Assembly: GCA_963763775.1 (NCBI GenBank)
Contig: CAVXPZ010000003.1
Coordinates: 704,001-768,000, forward strand
Source of the DNA: an uncultured Chloroflexia bacterium
GTDB taxonomy: Bacteria; Chloroflexota; Limnocylindria; Limnocylindrales; CSP1-4
Length of the DNA stretch: 64,000 bases
Reading direction: 5' to 3'
How positions within the stretch are numbered: the first letter of the stretch is position 1; each line of letters begins with the position of its first letter. The notes under the pieces were generated by a model. That model was not told where the DNA came from. It saw only the letters and a list, made by a program, of their open reading frames with translations, and made no database searches. The translations under genes and the position numbers were made by a program. Below, piece by piece: positions 21,901 through 33,286 of the stretch.

Positions 21901-21929
21901 TTGACATCATCCATCACCCGGCGTACCGT
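21901..21929 (+). promoter_or_regulatory. Sigma70-type promoter
   Basis: TTGACA-17 nt-TACCGT upstream of the reductase gene. Confidence 0.55.
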
Positions 21930-21992
21930 TGTGCCTACAACAAAGTCTGCTTGACGACAGCCAACCCGTCAAGCCACAGGAGGATCATCCGG

Positions 21993-22645
21993 ATGGACAT
22001 CAGCATCATCGGTGCCGGCAACGTCGGCAAGGCTCTCGCGGTCGCCTTCAGCCGGGCCGGTCACACGGTCATCATCGCGTCCCGCGACCCCGAGGACGCC
22101 GGCAGCGTCGCTGCCGCCACGGGCGCCGCAGGTCGCGACCTCGAACGCCGACGCGGCCACGCGCGGCCAGGTCGTCGTCTTCGCGGTCCCATTCACCAGC
22201 GCTCCCGAGATCGCCGCCGAGATCGCCGACGCGGTCGTCGGCAAGCCGGTCATCGACGCCACCAACCGGATGTCGTTCGGCGCCGACGGGCCGGCGATCG
22301 ACACCACGACCTCCAACGCCGAGGAACTCGCCGCGCTGCTCCCCGGCGCGAACGTCGTCAAGGCCTTCAACACGCTCTTCGCCTCGAACCAGGCCGACCC
22401 GATCGCCGACGGCGTCCAGCTCGACGGGTTCGTCGCAGCGGATGACGCGGCGGCGAAGGCCACGGTGCTCGAGCTCGTCGCGCTCGATCGGGCTGCGCCC
22501 CGTGGACGCCGGCCCGCTCGCCAGGGCCCGCCAGCTGGAGGGCCTCGCCTTCCTCAACATCACGATCAACATCGCCAACAGCGGCAGCTGGCAGTCCGGC
22601 TGGAAGCTCGTCGGGGCCCCTGCGACCACGAAGGCCGCGGCCTGA
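21993..22645 (+). CDS. NADPH-dependent F420-reductase-like oxidoreductase (indels near 22130 and 22485)
   Basis: IIGAGNVG, IDATN, VVKAFNT, PVDAGPLARARQLE. Confidence 0.8.
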
Positions 22646-22647
22646 CG

Positions 22648-23202
22648 ATGCGCACCATCCAGGCCGCCGGGTCGGTTGAACCGGCGGCCACCGAGGCGCA
22701 GACTGGCCGCGTGGGCATCCCCGTCGCCAGCCTCAACCACGCGGTCCTGTACGTCCGCGACGCGACACGCGCGGCCGAGTTCTACGGCCGGGTCTTCGGG
22801 TTCGAGGTCGTCGAGAGCGCCTTCGGCGGTCGTGCCGTCTTCCTGCGCGCCGCCGGCGGCGCGAACCATCACGACCTCGGCCTGTTCTCGGTGGGTCCCG
22901 ACGCCCCGCGCGCGCCACGCGGCTCCGTCGGGCTCTACCACCTCGCCTGGGAGGTCCCGACCATCGAGGACCTCGCGGCGGCCGCCGAGGTCCTGTCCGG
23001 CGCCGGTGCGCTCGGTGGCGCCTCCGACCACGGCGTGTCCAAGTCGCTCTATGGCGCCGACCCCGATGGCAACGAGTTCGAGATCATGTGGCGCGTTCCG
23101 CGCGAGGCATGGGGCGAGCACGCCGACAAGGGCGTGGTCATGCCGCTCGACCTTGACGCCGAGGTCCGTCGGTGGGGGGCCGCTGGCGCCGCTCGCGCCT
23201 GA
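22648..23202 (+). CDS. VOC/glyoxalase family protein
   Basis: LNHAVLYV, NHHDLGLF, GLYHLAWEV, DPDGNEFE. Confidence 0.85.
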   Translation: MRTIQAAGSVEPAATEAQTGRVGIPVASLNHAVLYVRDATRAAEFYGRVFGFEVVESAFGGRAVFLRAAGGANHHDLGLFSVGPDAPRAPRGSVGLYHLAWEVPTIEDLAAAAEVLSGAGALGGASDHGVSKSLYGADPDGNEFEIMWRVPREAWGEHADKGVVMPLDLDAEVRRWGAAGAARA

Positions 23203-23336
23203 CGTCCTCCTCCGGCCACGCCGGCCGCGGGCCGGATCCGATACATGTCTGCAAGCCGTCCGCTGGCGCCGCCTCGGGCGGCTTCGACGTTGCTGCTGCC
23301 ACGCTCGTGACCCTGACCCACGAGGAGGTGCCGACC

Positions 23337-23598
23337 ATGGCCGAACTCGATACCGCGCACCGCGACCGCCTGCGCGACACGTCGTTCGCCTACATCGACA
23401 AGGCGGGCGAACGCCACCTGCCCATCAACGACGCGAGCCATGTCCGCAACGCGATCGCGCGGTTCGACCAGACCGACTTCGAGAGCACGACCGCGCGACG
23501 GTCGGCCGCGAAGAAGATCCTCGCCGCGGCGAGGCGGCATGACATCGAGGTCGCGGACGACGACGCACGTCGCTCGGGCGGCCGGCGGCAAGTCCTAG
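23337..23598 (+). CDS. Small conserved protein (DUF6582-like; indel near 3' end)
   Basis: RBS gaggagg; FAYIDKAGERHLPINDASHVRNAIARFDQTDF. Confidence 0.7.
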
Positions 23599-24537
23599 CC
23601 GGCGACCTCGACCACGCGCGAGCGCCGGCCGAGCGCGCCGCTCGCCCCAGCGATCCCGACCAGGATCAACACCCCGCCGACGACGCCCTGCGGCGTGGGT
23701 CGGTCGCCCAGGAGCAGCGCGCCGAGGATGGCCGACGAGATCGGCGTCAGGAGGAGGGCCGCGGACGTTCGCCGCGCGGGCACGCGGCGGACGCTCGCCA
23801 TCAGCAGCAGGTTGGCCGTGGAGCTCGAGCCGAAGGCGATCGACAGCAGGGCGATCACGGCCGCGGGCGCGAGTGCGCCCGGGACGACGTCCCCATGCGA
23901 CCGGACGAGCTCGAAGGCGAGCAGCACCGGTCCACGGCTCACGAGGTTCGCGATCGTGATGGTCGTGCCGTCGAGCCCGTACCGATGACCCCACCGCCGG
24001 GCGAGGACCATGTAGAGCCCGAACATCACCGCGGCCGCGGCCGCCATCGCGACCCCGAGGAGTGAGCCGGCCGTGGGATCGACGCCCGCCAGAAGCGCGG
24101 TCCCCAGCAGGGCCAGGCCGAAGGCGAGAGCGGTGATCGGCCGGATGTGCTCGCCGAGGATCGGGATCGCCAGGACGGCCGCGGCCACGGCATAGAGGGG
24201 GGCGACGAAGCCGGTGACGGTGGAGCCGCTCAACGACACCGAGACGTTGACGGCCGCGATGAACCCGATGCCGCCCAGGCCGGCCAGGACGACCAACCGG
24301 GCCAGGCTCGCCGGGCGAAGGGCGGCCCGGCCGGGACGCCCGATGACGCCCGTCAGGGCCGCGCAGGATCACGAACGGGAGGGCGATCGTGCACGCGATC
24401 CCCGCGATCGCCAGCGGGGTGAAGGACTGGAGCGCGATCGCCGTCGCCGGGTAGGCGGCGCCGTAGAGGATGGCGGCGCCGGCCGCCGCGAGGATCCCAC
24501 GGCGCTCGTCGGTCGCCGCCGTGGCGGTCGTTCGCAT
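23595..24537 (-). CDS. EamA/DMT transporter (indel near 24365)
   Basis: About 10 TMs in two repeats; MRTTATAATDERRGILAA. Confidence 0.8.
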
Positions 24538-24561
24538 CGCGGAGAGCGTACCCTCGACGGG

Positions 24562-24972
24562 ATGACGGCACCGTTCCCGTCCGACGGCATGGCACTGACC
24601 CACATCCTCGTCGTGGCCGAGATCGACCGGTCGCGGATGTTCTATCGCGATGTGCTCGGCGCCACCGTGTACCGGGAGTACGGCGGCACGTCGTGCGTGC
24701 TGGAGATCTTCGGGACGTGGCTGCTGCTGGTCACCGGCGGCGGCCCGACCGAGGACAAGCCCACGGTGACGTTCGACGTTCCCGGCGACCCGGACCGCGT
24801 CAGTCATGCCATGACCATCCGCGTCCCGGACGCCCGCGGCGCCCATCGGACGCTGGAGGAGCGCGGAGCCGTCTTCCTGGCGCCCCTCGCCGAGTCCGAG
24901 TGGGAGATCCGAGGGTTCTTCCGCGACCCGGACGGCCACCTCCTCGAGATCAGCGAGGCGAAGGCCGGCTGA
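24562..24972 (+). CDS. VOC family protein
   Basis: FYRDVLG, RDPDGHLLEI. Confidence 0.85.
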   Translation: MTAPFPSDGMALTHILVVAEIDRSRMFYRDVLGATVYREYGGTSCVLEIFGTWLLLVTGGGPTEDKPTVTFDVPGDPDRVSHAMTIRVPDARGAHRTLEERGAVFLAPLAESEWEIRGFFRDPDGHLLEISEAKAG

Positions 24973-25040
24973 CGCCGACGGCGCGCCCGGCCGCCCCCTG
25001 ACGGCCGAGCCGGGTCCTGCGGCTCGGCCCGTCGTGCGGG

Positions 25041-25775
25041 TCAGTCGATCTCGAAGACGACCGTCACCTGCGCCTGGATGTCCTGGGTGCCCGTCTGGAC
25101 CGGCGTGGCGGTGTCCGCTGCGCGAGCCGCCCCGGCCAGGGCGTAGGGCATCGGGTAGTTCGTCTGGGTCTCGCTCATCGAGATGACGCCCCCGAGGTTG
25201 ACGCCGGCCGCCGACGCCATCGCCTGGGCGCTCGCCTTCGCGGCTTCGACCGCCGCGGCGCGGGCGTCGTTCATCGCCTTGGCCGGGTCGGCGACGTCGA
25301 ACCAGATGCCGTTCACGTCGGTCGCGCCGCTCGTCGTGGCGGCGTCGACGACGTCGCCGGTCTTGTCGATGTCCCGGACGGTGACCTCGACCTGCTCGCT
25401 GATGACGTAGCCCACGACCTTGGGCGGCTGGGCGTTGCTGTACTGCGGGTTCAGATTGATGCCGGTCGTCTTGATGTCCTTCTCGTCGACGCCGAGCGCC
25501 TTGATCGCCGCGATGATGCTGGTCATCGCGTCCGCGGCGGCCTGCCGTGCGGCCCTCACGGTCGGCTTCGAGATGGTCACGCCCACGCCGACGTGGCCGG
25601 TGTCGGGCACGAGCGTGATCGAGCCGGTCCCCGAGACCGTGATGGTGTGGACGGCCGGCTGATCGGACGTGGCCGGGGCGCCGATGACGGGCATCGGGCG
25701 GAGAGCCAGCGCGACGACCGCGACGACGAGCGCGCCGATCGCGACGGCGCCGACGGTCGGGATGGTTCGAGACAT
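25041..25775 (-). CDS. SIMPL (DUF541) domain protein
   Basis: ITVSGTGSITLVPD, IKTTGINLNPQY, QVTVVFEID. Confidence 0.9.
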   Translation of the reverse strand: MSRTIPTVGAVAIGALVVAVVALALRPMPVIGAPATSDQPAVHTITVSGTGSITLVPDTGHVGVGVTISKPTVRAARQAAADAMTSIIAAIKALGVDEKDIKTTGINLNPQYSNAQPPKVVGYVISEQVEVTVRDIDKTGDVVDAATTSGATDVNGIWFDVADPAKAMNDARAAAVEAAKASAQAMASAAGVNLGGVISMSETQTNYPMPYALAGAARAADTATPVQTGTQDIQAQVTVVFEID

Positions 25776-26060
25776 CGGGTTGACCCCTTCTGGATCGGGT
25801 ATCTGGCCGCGCGGTCGGCGGCGTCAGCGGCGAGACGAGGAGTACGGCCGCGCGGTTCCGTGCGAGGTGACCGGACGCGCCACCGTGGGTGCCGTGGCAA
25901 CCGTGGATCCCGCAGAGCGATCGACCCGACCGGGCCACTCGGCTCCCGCCGGACGGGCCGATCGTCGGTGTCCCGGCCGGAACGGCGCGACGTAGGATCG
26001 GCCGGAAGACGCGCGAACGTGCGGCCAGCAGGTCGCCCAGCGCGGTCGGAGGCGTTCGTG

Positions 26061-27381
26061 ATGCGACCACTCCGCTGGGTGAGTGTCGTTGCCCCGGTCG
26101 TCGCGGTGGCGGTCATCGAGCTGGTCAGTGACGGCCTCCTCGACAGCGTGTTCCCGTTCCCGCTCGACACGATCGTGGTGGTCGCGCTCGTCGCGATCCT
26201 GGCCTGGGCGTTCTCGACGCTCGCCTTCCGCCGCATCGACCGGTTGTCCGCGGAGCTCCGGGCTCGGAACGCCGACCTGGAACGGCGCGAGGCATCCGCT
26301 CGCGCCCTGCACCGGGTGAGCGTCGCGATCGCGACCCTGACGGACCTCGACGAGATCCTCCAGGCGATCGTGGACCAGGCTCGCGAGCGACTCGAGGTCG
26401 ACGTGGCGGCGCTCCTGACGTATCGGCCGGACGGCGAGGCGTACGTCGCCGCGGCGAGTGGAGCCGAGGCCGACCTCGACCGGTCGGGCGGGTTCGCGGG
26501 TTCCGACGTCGATCGATTCATCCGGCCCGGCTCAGCGACCACGCGTCTGGAGGTGCCGCTCCAACGAGCCGGCGAGACCATCGGGATCCTGCTGGTCGGG
26601 ACACGTCACGAGCGCGGCTTCGAAGTCGACGAGGTCGAGATGCTCTCGTCGCTGGCCAACCAGGCCGCCATCGCGATCGAGAACGCCCGGCTCCAGGCCC
26701 GCTTGCGCGAGCTCGCGGTCGTGGCCGAGCGCGAACGCATCGCACGCGAGATGCATGACGGGCTCGCGCAGGTGCTCGGGTACGTGAACACGAAGTCGCA
26801 GGCGATCGAGGAGTTGCTCGCCGCCGGGCGGACCGACGAAGCGCGCGGCCTGCTCGTCGAACTCGCTGCGGCGGCGCGCTCCATCTACGTCGACATCCGC
26901 GAGGCCATCCTCGGACTGCGCAGCCCGGTCGTCCCAGGGGTCGGGCTGGTGGCCGCCGTGGAGGACTACGCCGCTCGGTTCACCGAAGCCGCGAAGATCG
27001 CGACCCACGTCGAGGCCGCTCCGGAGGCCCGTCGTCTGGACCTCGCGCCCGGACGTGGAGGCCCAGGTCTTCCGGATCGTGCAGGAGGCGCTCACCAACG
27101 TCCGGAAGCACTCCGGGGCACGACGCGCCGACATCGCGTTCGCGGTCCACGGGTCCGAGCTGGAGATCCTCGTGACCGACGACGGTCACGGACTCGAGGC
27201 ACCCTCACCCGTCGGCGAGCGACCCAGGTACGGCCTCCGCGCGATGCGCGAGCGAGCCGACAGCATCGGGGCCGCCGTGGACTGGTCGACGCCGACCGGC
27301 GGCGGGTGTCGCGTTCGACTCATCGTGGCCACCGGTGTGGCGCAGGCCGCGACGGTGCCGGCCGGCGCCGGAGCCGTCTGA
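26061..27381 (+). CDS. GAF-domain sensor histidine kinase, NarX/HisKA_3 type (indel near 27050)
   Basis: 2 TMs, GAF, ERERIAREMHDGLAQVL, QEALTNVRKH, DDGHG. Confidence 0.9.
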
Positions 27382-28020
27382 TGCGGATCGTCCTCGCCGA
27401 CGACCACGCGCTGTTCCGTGACGGCGTCTCGTCGTTGATCCAGGCGTGGGGGCACCAGGTGGTCGGTCACGCCGCCGACGGTCGCGAGGCCATCGTGCTG
27501 GTCGATCGGCTGGAGCCGGACCTCGTCCTGATGGATGTGCGGATGCCGGGGATGTCGGGTGTGGAGGCGACGCAGGCGATCGCCGCCGTGCGACCCGAGC
27601 TGCCGATCGTGATGCTCACCGTCAGCGAGGACGAGGAGGACCTGTTCGCCGCGATCCGGGCGGGCGCCCGCGGGTACCTGCTGAAGGACCTCGAGGCGGC
27701 TCAGCTCCGCGCGATGATCGACGCGGTCGCGCCGCGGCGAGGCGGCCATCACGCCGGCGACCGCGGCCCGGATCATCCGACACCTCTCCAGTCTCGACGC
27801 GACCGAGGCGGTCGATCCCGAGCGACTCACCGCCCGCGAGCTCGACGTGCTCCGGCTGGTGACCGCCGGTCGGCGGAACAAGGAGATCGCCGCCGAGCTC
27901 GGGATCTCCGAGAACACGGTCAAGTACCACCTGCGCAACATCCTCGAGAAACTGCACGCCGAGAGCCGGACCGAGGTCGCGGCGCGCGCGTTGCGCGAGG
28001 GACTCGTCAAGCCCGCGTGA
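27381..28020 (+). CDS. NarL/LuxR response regulator (indel near 27730)
   Basis: [39 protein letters not shown]. Confidence 0.9.
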
Positions 28021-28053
28021 CCCGTGGCCCGGGCCGGATGGCCCGTGGCGTCC

Positions 28054-28089
28054 CACCCATCGGGGCGATCCGACCTACCCGCCCGGGCG
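28054..28089 (+). promoter_or_regulatory. Possible tandem response-regulator boxes
   Basis: cacccatcggggcg and tacccgcccgggcg, 22 bp apart, ahead of the flavoprotein operon. Confidence 0.3.
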
Positions 28090-28146
28090 TGGTGCGCCGC
28101 CGCGGCCCCGCCGATGCTCGACCCGTCACCAGACGGAGGCGGGTCC

Positions 28147-30168
28147 ATGGGCTACCGCATCGACATCGACCGGACGGGCTGCATCAACTGCGGCATCTGC
28201 ATGGACACCTGCCCGGTCGAGGCGCTCGACATGTCGCGACCGACCGGACCCGGCATCGAGACCGCCGGGTTCGGGAGCCCACAGACCTGGATGATGGAGC
28301 ACCCGGTCCAGGTCGGTGAGTGCATCGGCTGCGGCATCTGCATCGGGGAGTGCCCGGTCGTCGTCATGACCCTCGTCAGCGAACCCGGCACGACCAGGCT
28401 CGCCCCCCGCCAGGGCCCGATCGACCGCCCGGCCGCGACGACCACCGGTCAGGAGGGGTGGCTCCCGTTGTCGACCGTCACCCGGGAGTCGCTCAAGCGC
28501 GAGCACCCCTCGCCGTGGGGCGGACTGCTGCCATGGCAGACGGCCGACCGGACCGAGGCATGGCACGTGTGGCGCTCGATGCGCGAGGGCGTCATCGACG
28601 TCCCCAAGGCGCCGTGCCAGGTCGCGTGCCCGGCCGGCACCGACGCCGGGCGGTATGTCGGACTCGTCGGCGCCGGGCGGTACGACGACGCGTACGCGGT
28701 CGCCGCCGAGGTCAATCCGTTCCCGTCCGTCTGCGGCTGGATCTGCACCGCGCCGTGCGAAGCGGTCTGCCGCCGCGGCGTCCTCGACGAGCCCATCGCG
28801 ATCCGCACCATCAAGCGGTTCGCGGCGGAGCACGGCCAGCTGCCGGCGATCGAGCCACCCGCCGTCCGGCGGCCTGAGAAGGTCGCGATCGTGGGCGGCG
28901 GCCCCGCGGGGATGTCCGCCGCGTACTACCTGGCCCGAGTCGGCTACCCGGTGACGGTCTTCGAGGCCATGCCGGTCCCGGGCGGCATGATGGCCATCGG
29001 CATCCCGTCGTATCGGCTGCCGCGCGACGTCCTCCAGGCGGAGATCGCGCGGATCGTCGGCCTCGGCGTGGACCTTCGGCTGAACGCCGCGATGGGCCGC
29101 GACTTCAGCCTTGGCGACCTCGAGCAGGAAGGCTACCGGGCCGTGTTCCTCTCGACCGGCGCGTCGAAGAGCCGTCGCCTCGGTGTTCCCGGAGACGACG
29201 CCCGCGGCGTCATCCCTGCGACGCTCTTCCTCAAGCGCGTGAACCTCGGGGAGGCGCCACATCTGAGCGGGCCGGCCGTCGTGGTCGGAGGAGGCAGCAC
29301 CGCGATGGACGCGGCCCGCTCGGCGTGGCGGAGCGGCGCGTCGCCGGTCACGGTCATCTACCGCCGCGGTCGAGCCCTGATGCCCGCCCAGGTCGAGGAG
29401 ATCGAGGCGGCCGAGCGCGAGGGCATCCAGGTGCGGACCGGGCTCGCGCCCGTGGAGGTGGTCGACCGCGACGGGGCGGTCGTCGGGATCCGGTGCGTCC
29501 AGACGCGTCCTGCGGTCGGCGACGGGATCGCCGCCGGCGCCGACACTCGCGCGCCGTGGGAGCCCGTCGACGGCACCGACCGCGAGATCCCGGCCACGAC
29601 GATCCTGGTCGCGGTCGGCGAGGAGCCGGATCCGTCGATCCTCCCCGAAGGGGCCGGCATCGAGATCAGCGGCTGGGCGGGCATCGTCGCCGACCCGCGG
29701 ACCCTTGCCACGGGCCGCGCCGGGATCTTCGCCGGCGGGGATGTCGTGTCCGGACCCAAGACGATCATCGATGCCGTCGCGTCCGGCCGCCGCGCGGCCG
29801 CCTCGATCCACGAGTACCTCGCGGGCGTCGTCGACGGCGAGCGCGAGATCCTCGCGGCCGTCCGATATCCCACCCGGCCCGAAGACCATCTCTCGCTCGA
29901 CCTTGCGACCCGTCCTCGGGCGCACGCCCCGCTGCCGATGGTCCAGCCGGGCTCGTTCGAGGCCACGCAGGTCGGGTTCGACGAGGCGACCGCTCGAGCC
30001 GAGGCCGACCGCTGCTTCCGCTGCGACGCGGTGTACCGCGGTCCCGTCGTCGAGGTCCTGGCCGGGCGCGGACCGGACGTCACCTCGGCGGCAGGCCCAC
30101 CCACGACACCGCTCGCCGCCGCCCCCGCCCACGCCACGACCCCCGACATCGGAGGAGGACCACGATGA
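28147..30168 (+). CDS. Ferredoxin-fused GltD/NfnL-like FAD/NAD(P)H Fe-S oxidoreductase
   Basis: CINCGICMDTCP and CIGCGICIGECP; PCQVACP..CGWICTAPCEAVC; GGGPAG; GGGSTAMD; EADRCFRCD. Confidence 0.85.
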   Translation: MGYRIDIDRTGCINCGICMDTCPVEALDMSRPTGPGIETAGFGSPQTWMMEHPVQVGECIGCGICIGECPVVVMTLVSEPGTTRLAPRQGPIDRPAATTTGQEGWLPLSTVTRESLKREHPSPWGGLLPWQTADRTEAWHVWRSMREGVIDVPKAPCQVACPAGTDAGRYVGLVGAGRYDDAYAVAAEVNPFPSVCGWICTAPCEAVCRRGVLDEPIAIRTIKRFAAEHGQLPAIEPPAVRRPEKVAIVGGGPAGMSAAYYLARVGYPVTVFEAMPVPGGMMAIGIPSYRLPRDVLQAEIARIVGLGVDLRLNAAMGRDFSLGDLEQEGYRAVFLSTGASKSRRLGVPGDDARGVIPATLFLKRVNLGEAPHLSGPAVVVGGGSTAMDAARSAWRSGASPVTVIYRRGRALMPAQVEEIEAAEREGIQVRTGLAPVEVVDRDGAVVGIRCVQTRPAVGDGIAAGADTRAPWEPVDGTDREIPATTILVAVGEEPDPSILPEGAGIEISGWAGIVADPRTLATGRAGIFAGGDVVSGPKTIIDAVASGRRAAASIHEYLAGVVDGEREILAAVRYPTRPEDHLSLDLATRPRAHAPLPMVQPGSFEATQVGFDEATARAEADRCFRCDAVYRGPVVEVLAGRGPDVTSAAGPPTTPLAAAPAHATTPDIGGGPR

Positions 30169-30788
30169 CTCCCGACCAGGTATCCGGTTTCTTCGATGCG
30201 GGCGAGAGCTTCATCGAGGGGACGATCGCCGCGGCACTCGTCGTGCTGTGGCTGCTGGCGCTCGCGCTCCACCTCGGGCGGTCCTACATGGTCCGCACGA
30301 CCGGCAAGTTCACCCTGCGCCTGGGGGCGGACCTGTGGTGGATCATCTACATCGCGCTGCGCGACCTCATCGTCGTCCAGGTCTTCATCGGCAGCTTCAT
30401 CTTCTTCTACCCGGACGTCGTCGCCGGCCAGGCCTTGCCGATCACGGGCGGGCTCGCCGCGGTCTGCGCGTTCGGTGTGCTGCTCATCAAGCTGTTCCGG
30501 CACAGCGATGAGACCCAGGCGTTCCGCTGGCAGCTCGTCCTCCTCGGGATCGGGGCCACCCTCTACATCGGCCCGTACCTGCTCGGCGTCCAGATGACCG
30601 AGCTCCACGGCAAGAACGTCGAGCGACTCGTGCCGATGCTCGTGTCGAACCAGAACCTCGATGTCGCGTTGCCGCTGTGCTACCTCTCCGGCTGGCTCGT
30701 CGGCCTGCTCGGCCTGATCGCCGTCGGCTACAACCTGCGCTCGACCGGTCGCCGGCCGGCCGCCAAGACCCCGGAGGTCGCCCGATGA
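30165..30788 (+). CDS. Unknown polytopic membrane protein A
   Basis: ATGA overlap with the upstream gene; about 5 TMs. Confidence 0.8.
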   Translation: MTPDQVSGFFDAGESFIEGTIAAALVVLWLLALALHLGRSYMVRTTGKFTLRLGADLWWIIYIALRDLIVVQVFIGSFIFFYPDVVAGQALPITGGLAAVCAFGVLLIKLFRHSDETQAFRWQLVLLGIGATLYIGPYLLGVQMTELHGKNVERLVPMLVSNQNLDVALPLCYLSGWLVGLLGLIAVGYNLRSTGRRPAAKTPEVAR

Positions 30789-31414
30789 ATGCCGACGATC
30801 TTGCCGCAGCCCTGACCACCGGCGCCTCCGGTTGGCTCGTCCTCTCGATCGCGGCGGTCCTGCCGATGATCTGGACGTTCACCCTGGTCATGCACTTCGC
30901 CCGCCCGACGGTGATCCGGTTCCTGCAGTCCCTGACGCTGCGCTTCGGCGGCGACGTCTGGTGGCTCTCCTACGTGCTGATCCGCGATGCCCTGCTGGTC
31001 ATCACCCTCGGCCTCGGCATGCTGTTCTTCATGCCGAACCTGTACTTCGTGCAGGGCCTTCCGATCACGGCGCCGCTGTCCGTGCTGATCCTGTTCTGGG
31101 CGCTGTGCGTCAAGATCGTCCGCGACCCGGACGAGGACCCCGGCGCATTCCGGCTCCTGAGCGTCCTGCTCGTGATCGCCTCGATCCTGTACATCGTGCC
31201 GCAGATCTACGGGCTGGAGGCCGCGGACCAGGAGTACCTCGGCGACCTGCCGGCGAAGCTCATCAGCAGCTCCAACCTCGAGTGGGCGCGGCCCATCTTC
31301 TGGGTCAGCCTCGGGCTGTTCGCGCTGACGGCGGGGGCGATGTTCGTCCGCGCGGTCATGCAGATCCGCGACCCGAAAGCCGTCGCTCCCGAGATCCCGG
31401 GCGGTGCCGCCTAG
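30785..31414 (+). CDS. Unknown polytopic membrane protein B (paralog of A)
   Basis: ATGA overlap; shares H..R...TLR.G.D.WW..Y...RD motif with A. Confidence 0.8.
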   Translation: MNADDLAAALTTGASGWLVLSIAAVLPMIWTFTLVMHFARPTVIRFLQSLTLRFGGDVWWLSYVLIRDALLVITLGLGMLFFMPNLYFVQGLPITAPLSVLILFWALCVKIVRDPDEDPGAFRLLSVLLVIASILYIVPQIYGLEAADQEYLGDLPAKLISSSNLEWARPIFWVSLGLFALTAGAMFVRAVMQIRDPKAVAPEIPGGAA

Positions 31415-31442
31415 GGACGCGAGAGCCGGTACCGACCGGCGC

Positions 31443-32334
31443 CTACCCCTCGATCACGACGGCGTTCCCCGCCACGCGGACGCCGGACTCGCCCGGGACG
31501 ATCGACACGGTCAGTCGTCCCGGGCGTCCCATCTCGACGCCCTGGATGATCTCGAACGTGGCGGGCGGCCGGATCTCACCGCGGTCGCGAAGGTAGCCGC
31601 CGAACGCCGCCGCTGCGGCCCCGGTGGCTGGGTCCTCGACGACGCCGCCGACGGGGAACGGGTCCCGGGCGCGGAACCGCGTCGGTCCCTCGCGCCAGAC
31701 GAGCTGGACCGTCGTGAGGTCCGATCGGAGCATCGACGCCTTGAGCGCCTCGAACGGGTACTCGAGCCGGGCGAGCCGATCCGAGCTCGCGCGCGACCAG
31801 GATCAGGTGCTTCGCCCCGGCGAACGCGATGGCCGGCGGCAACGCCGGATCGAGCTCGTCCGCCGTCCAGCCGAGGAGCCCCATGACCTCGGCCAGCAGC
31901 GGCGCCTCCGGCTCGCGGGACCACGTCGCGACGGACGTGAGGGTCGCGACGATCCGCCCGTCGGGACCCGGGGCGACCGCGACGGGGACGATGCCGCCGT
32001 TCGTCTCGAGCCGCAGGCCCCCGTCAGCGTCCGCATGTCCGCGCTCCGCGAGCGCGACCCCGCTCGCGATCGTGGCGTGACCGCAGAACGGCACCTCGGC
32101 GAGCGGGCTGAAGTAGCGGACGCGATGGCCGCCCGGCCGGCCGGTCCCGTCGGGGACGAGGAACGCCGTCTCGGAGTACCCGACCTCGGCCGCGATGCGC
32201 TGCATCGCCGCGTCGGCCGGGAACGACGGGCCGATCCAGACGCCGGCGGGGTTGCCGCCCGCGGGGTCGGTCGTGAAGGCCGCGAGACGCAGGAGCGTCC
32301 CGGCGGCCTCCGGATCCTCGTGGCGATCGGGCAT
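31443..32334 (-). CDS. PhzF-family isomerase (indel near 31785)
   Basis: GGNPAGV, YSETAF, EVPFCGHAT, EDPATGAA, QGVEMGRPG. Confidence 0.9.
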
Positions 32335-32429
32335 CCGCGAAGGATACGGTCCCGCGCCGATGCGCCGGCTCCATCACGCTGCGCGAGCGCGGTCGAACGG
32401 CGACTGAGCCGGGTGCTACCGTCCCGTTC

Positions 32430-33247
32430 GTGGACCCCACGCGACCTGGCCGAACGAGAGCACGCGAACTGGTCGACACCCTCGCGATCTTCTGCGCGGA
32501 CGTCGAGGGCGCCGTGCTCCGGCGGAGCGGACGGCGTGGCGCTCGTCGTCACCGGGCTCCCGCTGTACCTCTTCAACCAGGTCCTCGTCGAGGGCGACGA
32601 CGCGACGGAGACCGCCATCGCCGACGCCGTGGACGTCACGCGGGGTCGCGGCGACCGGTTCATCGTCAACCTGCGCGTCGGCACCGACGACGGGTTCCTG
32701 CCGCTGATGACGCGCCTTGGCCTCGTGCCGATCTCCGACGACCCGTGGCTGCCGGGCATGGCGTGGCATCCGCTGCCGGCCGGTGCCTGGCCGGCCTCGT
32801 CGCCGGAGGGCCACGAGATCCGGCAGGTCCGGGATCACGCTGGTCTCGAGGACCATGTCATGACCGCGGTCGCCGGGTTCGACATGCCGGAGGCGTGGCT
32901 GCGGGCCGTGATGCGCGAACGCCATGCTGGACCGACCCGAGAGTCGCGGTGTACGTGGGCTACGCGGACGGCCAGCCAGTCAGCACCGGGCTGGCTGCCG
33001 GACCGGGCGGACGATCGGCGTCTACAACATCGCGACGATCCCATCGGCCCGCGGTCGCGGCTACGGCGCGGCGATGACCGCGCGGGTGGCAGCGGACGGG
33101 GCGAGCGCCGGCTGCGACGTGGCCACGCTCCAGGCGAGCGAGATGGGCTACCCGATCTACGAGCGGTTCGGCTTCCGGACCGTCGTCGAGTACATGGGCT
33201 ATGCCGAGCCCCGCGATCCGGCACCGAAGGCCACCGACCCGGCCTGA
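32430..33247 (+). CDS. GNAT acetyltransferase (several indels)
   Basis: GVYNIATIPSARGRGYG...QASEMGYPIYERFGF. Confidence 0.75.
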
Positions 33248-33286
33248 CCGCGTCGACCGACACGAAGATCCAGGAGAGCACCGAGC

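Noticed and set aside
25593-28319. Hybrid kinase-regulator ORF
   Set aside because: Indels join two genes that overlap at TGATG (27379-27383).
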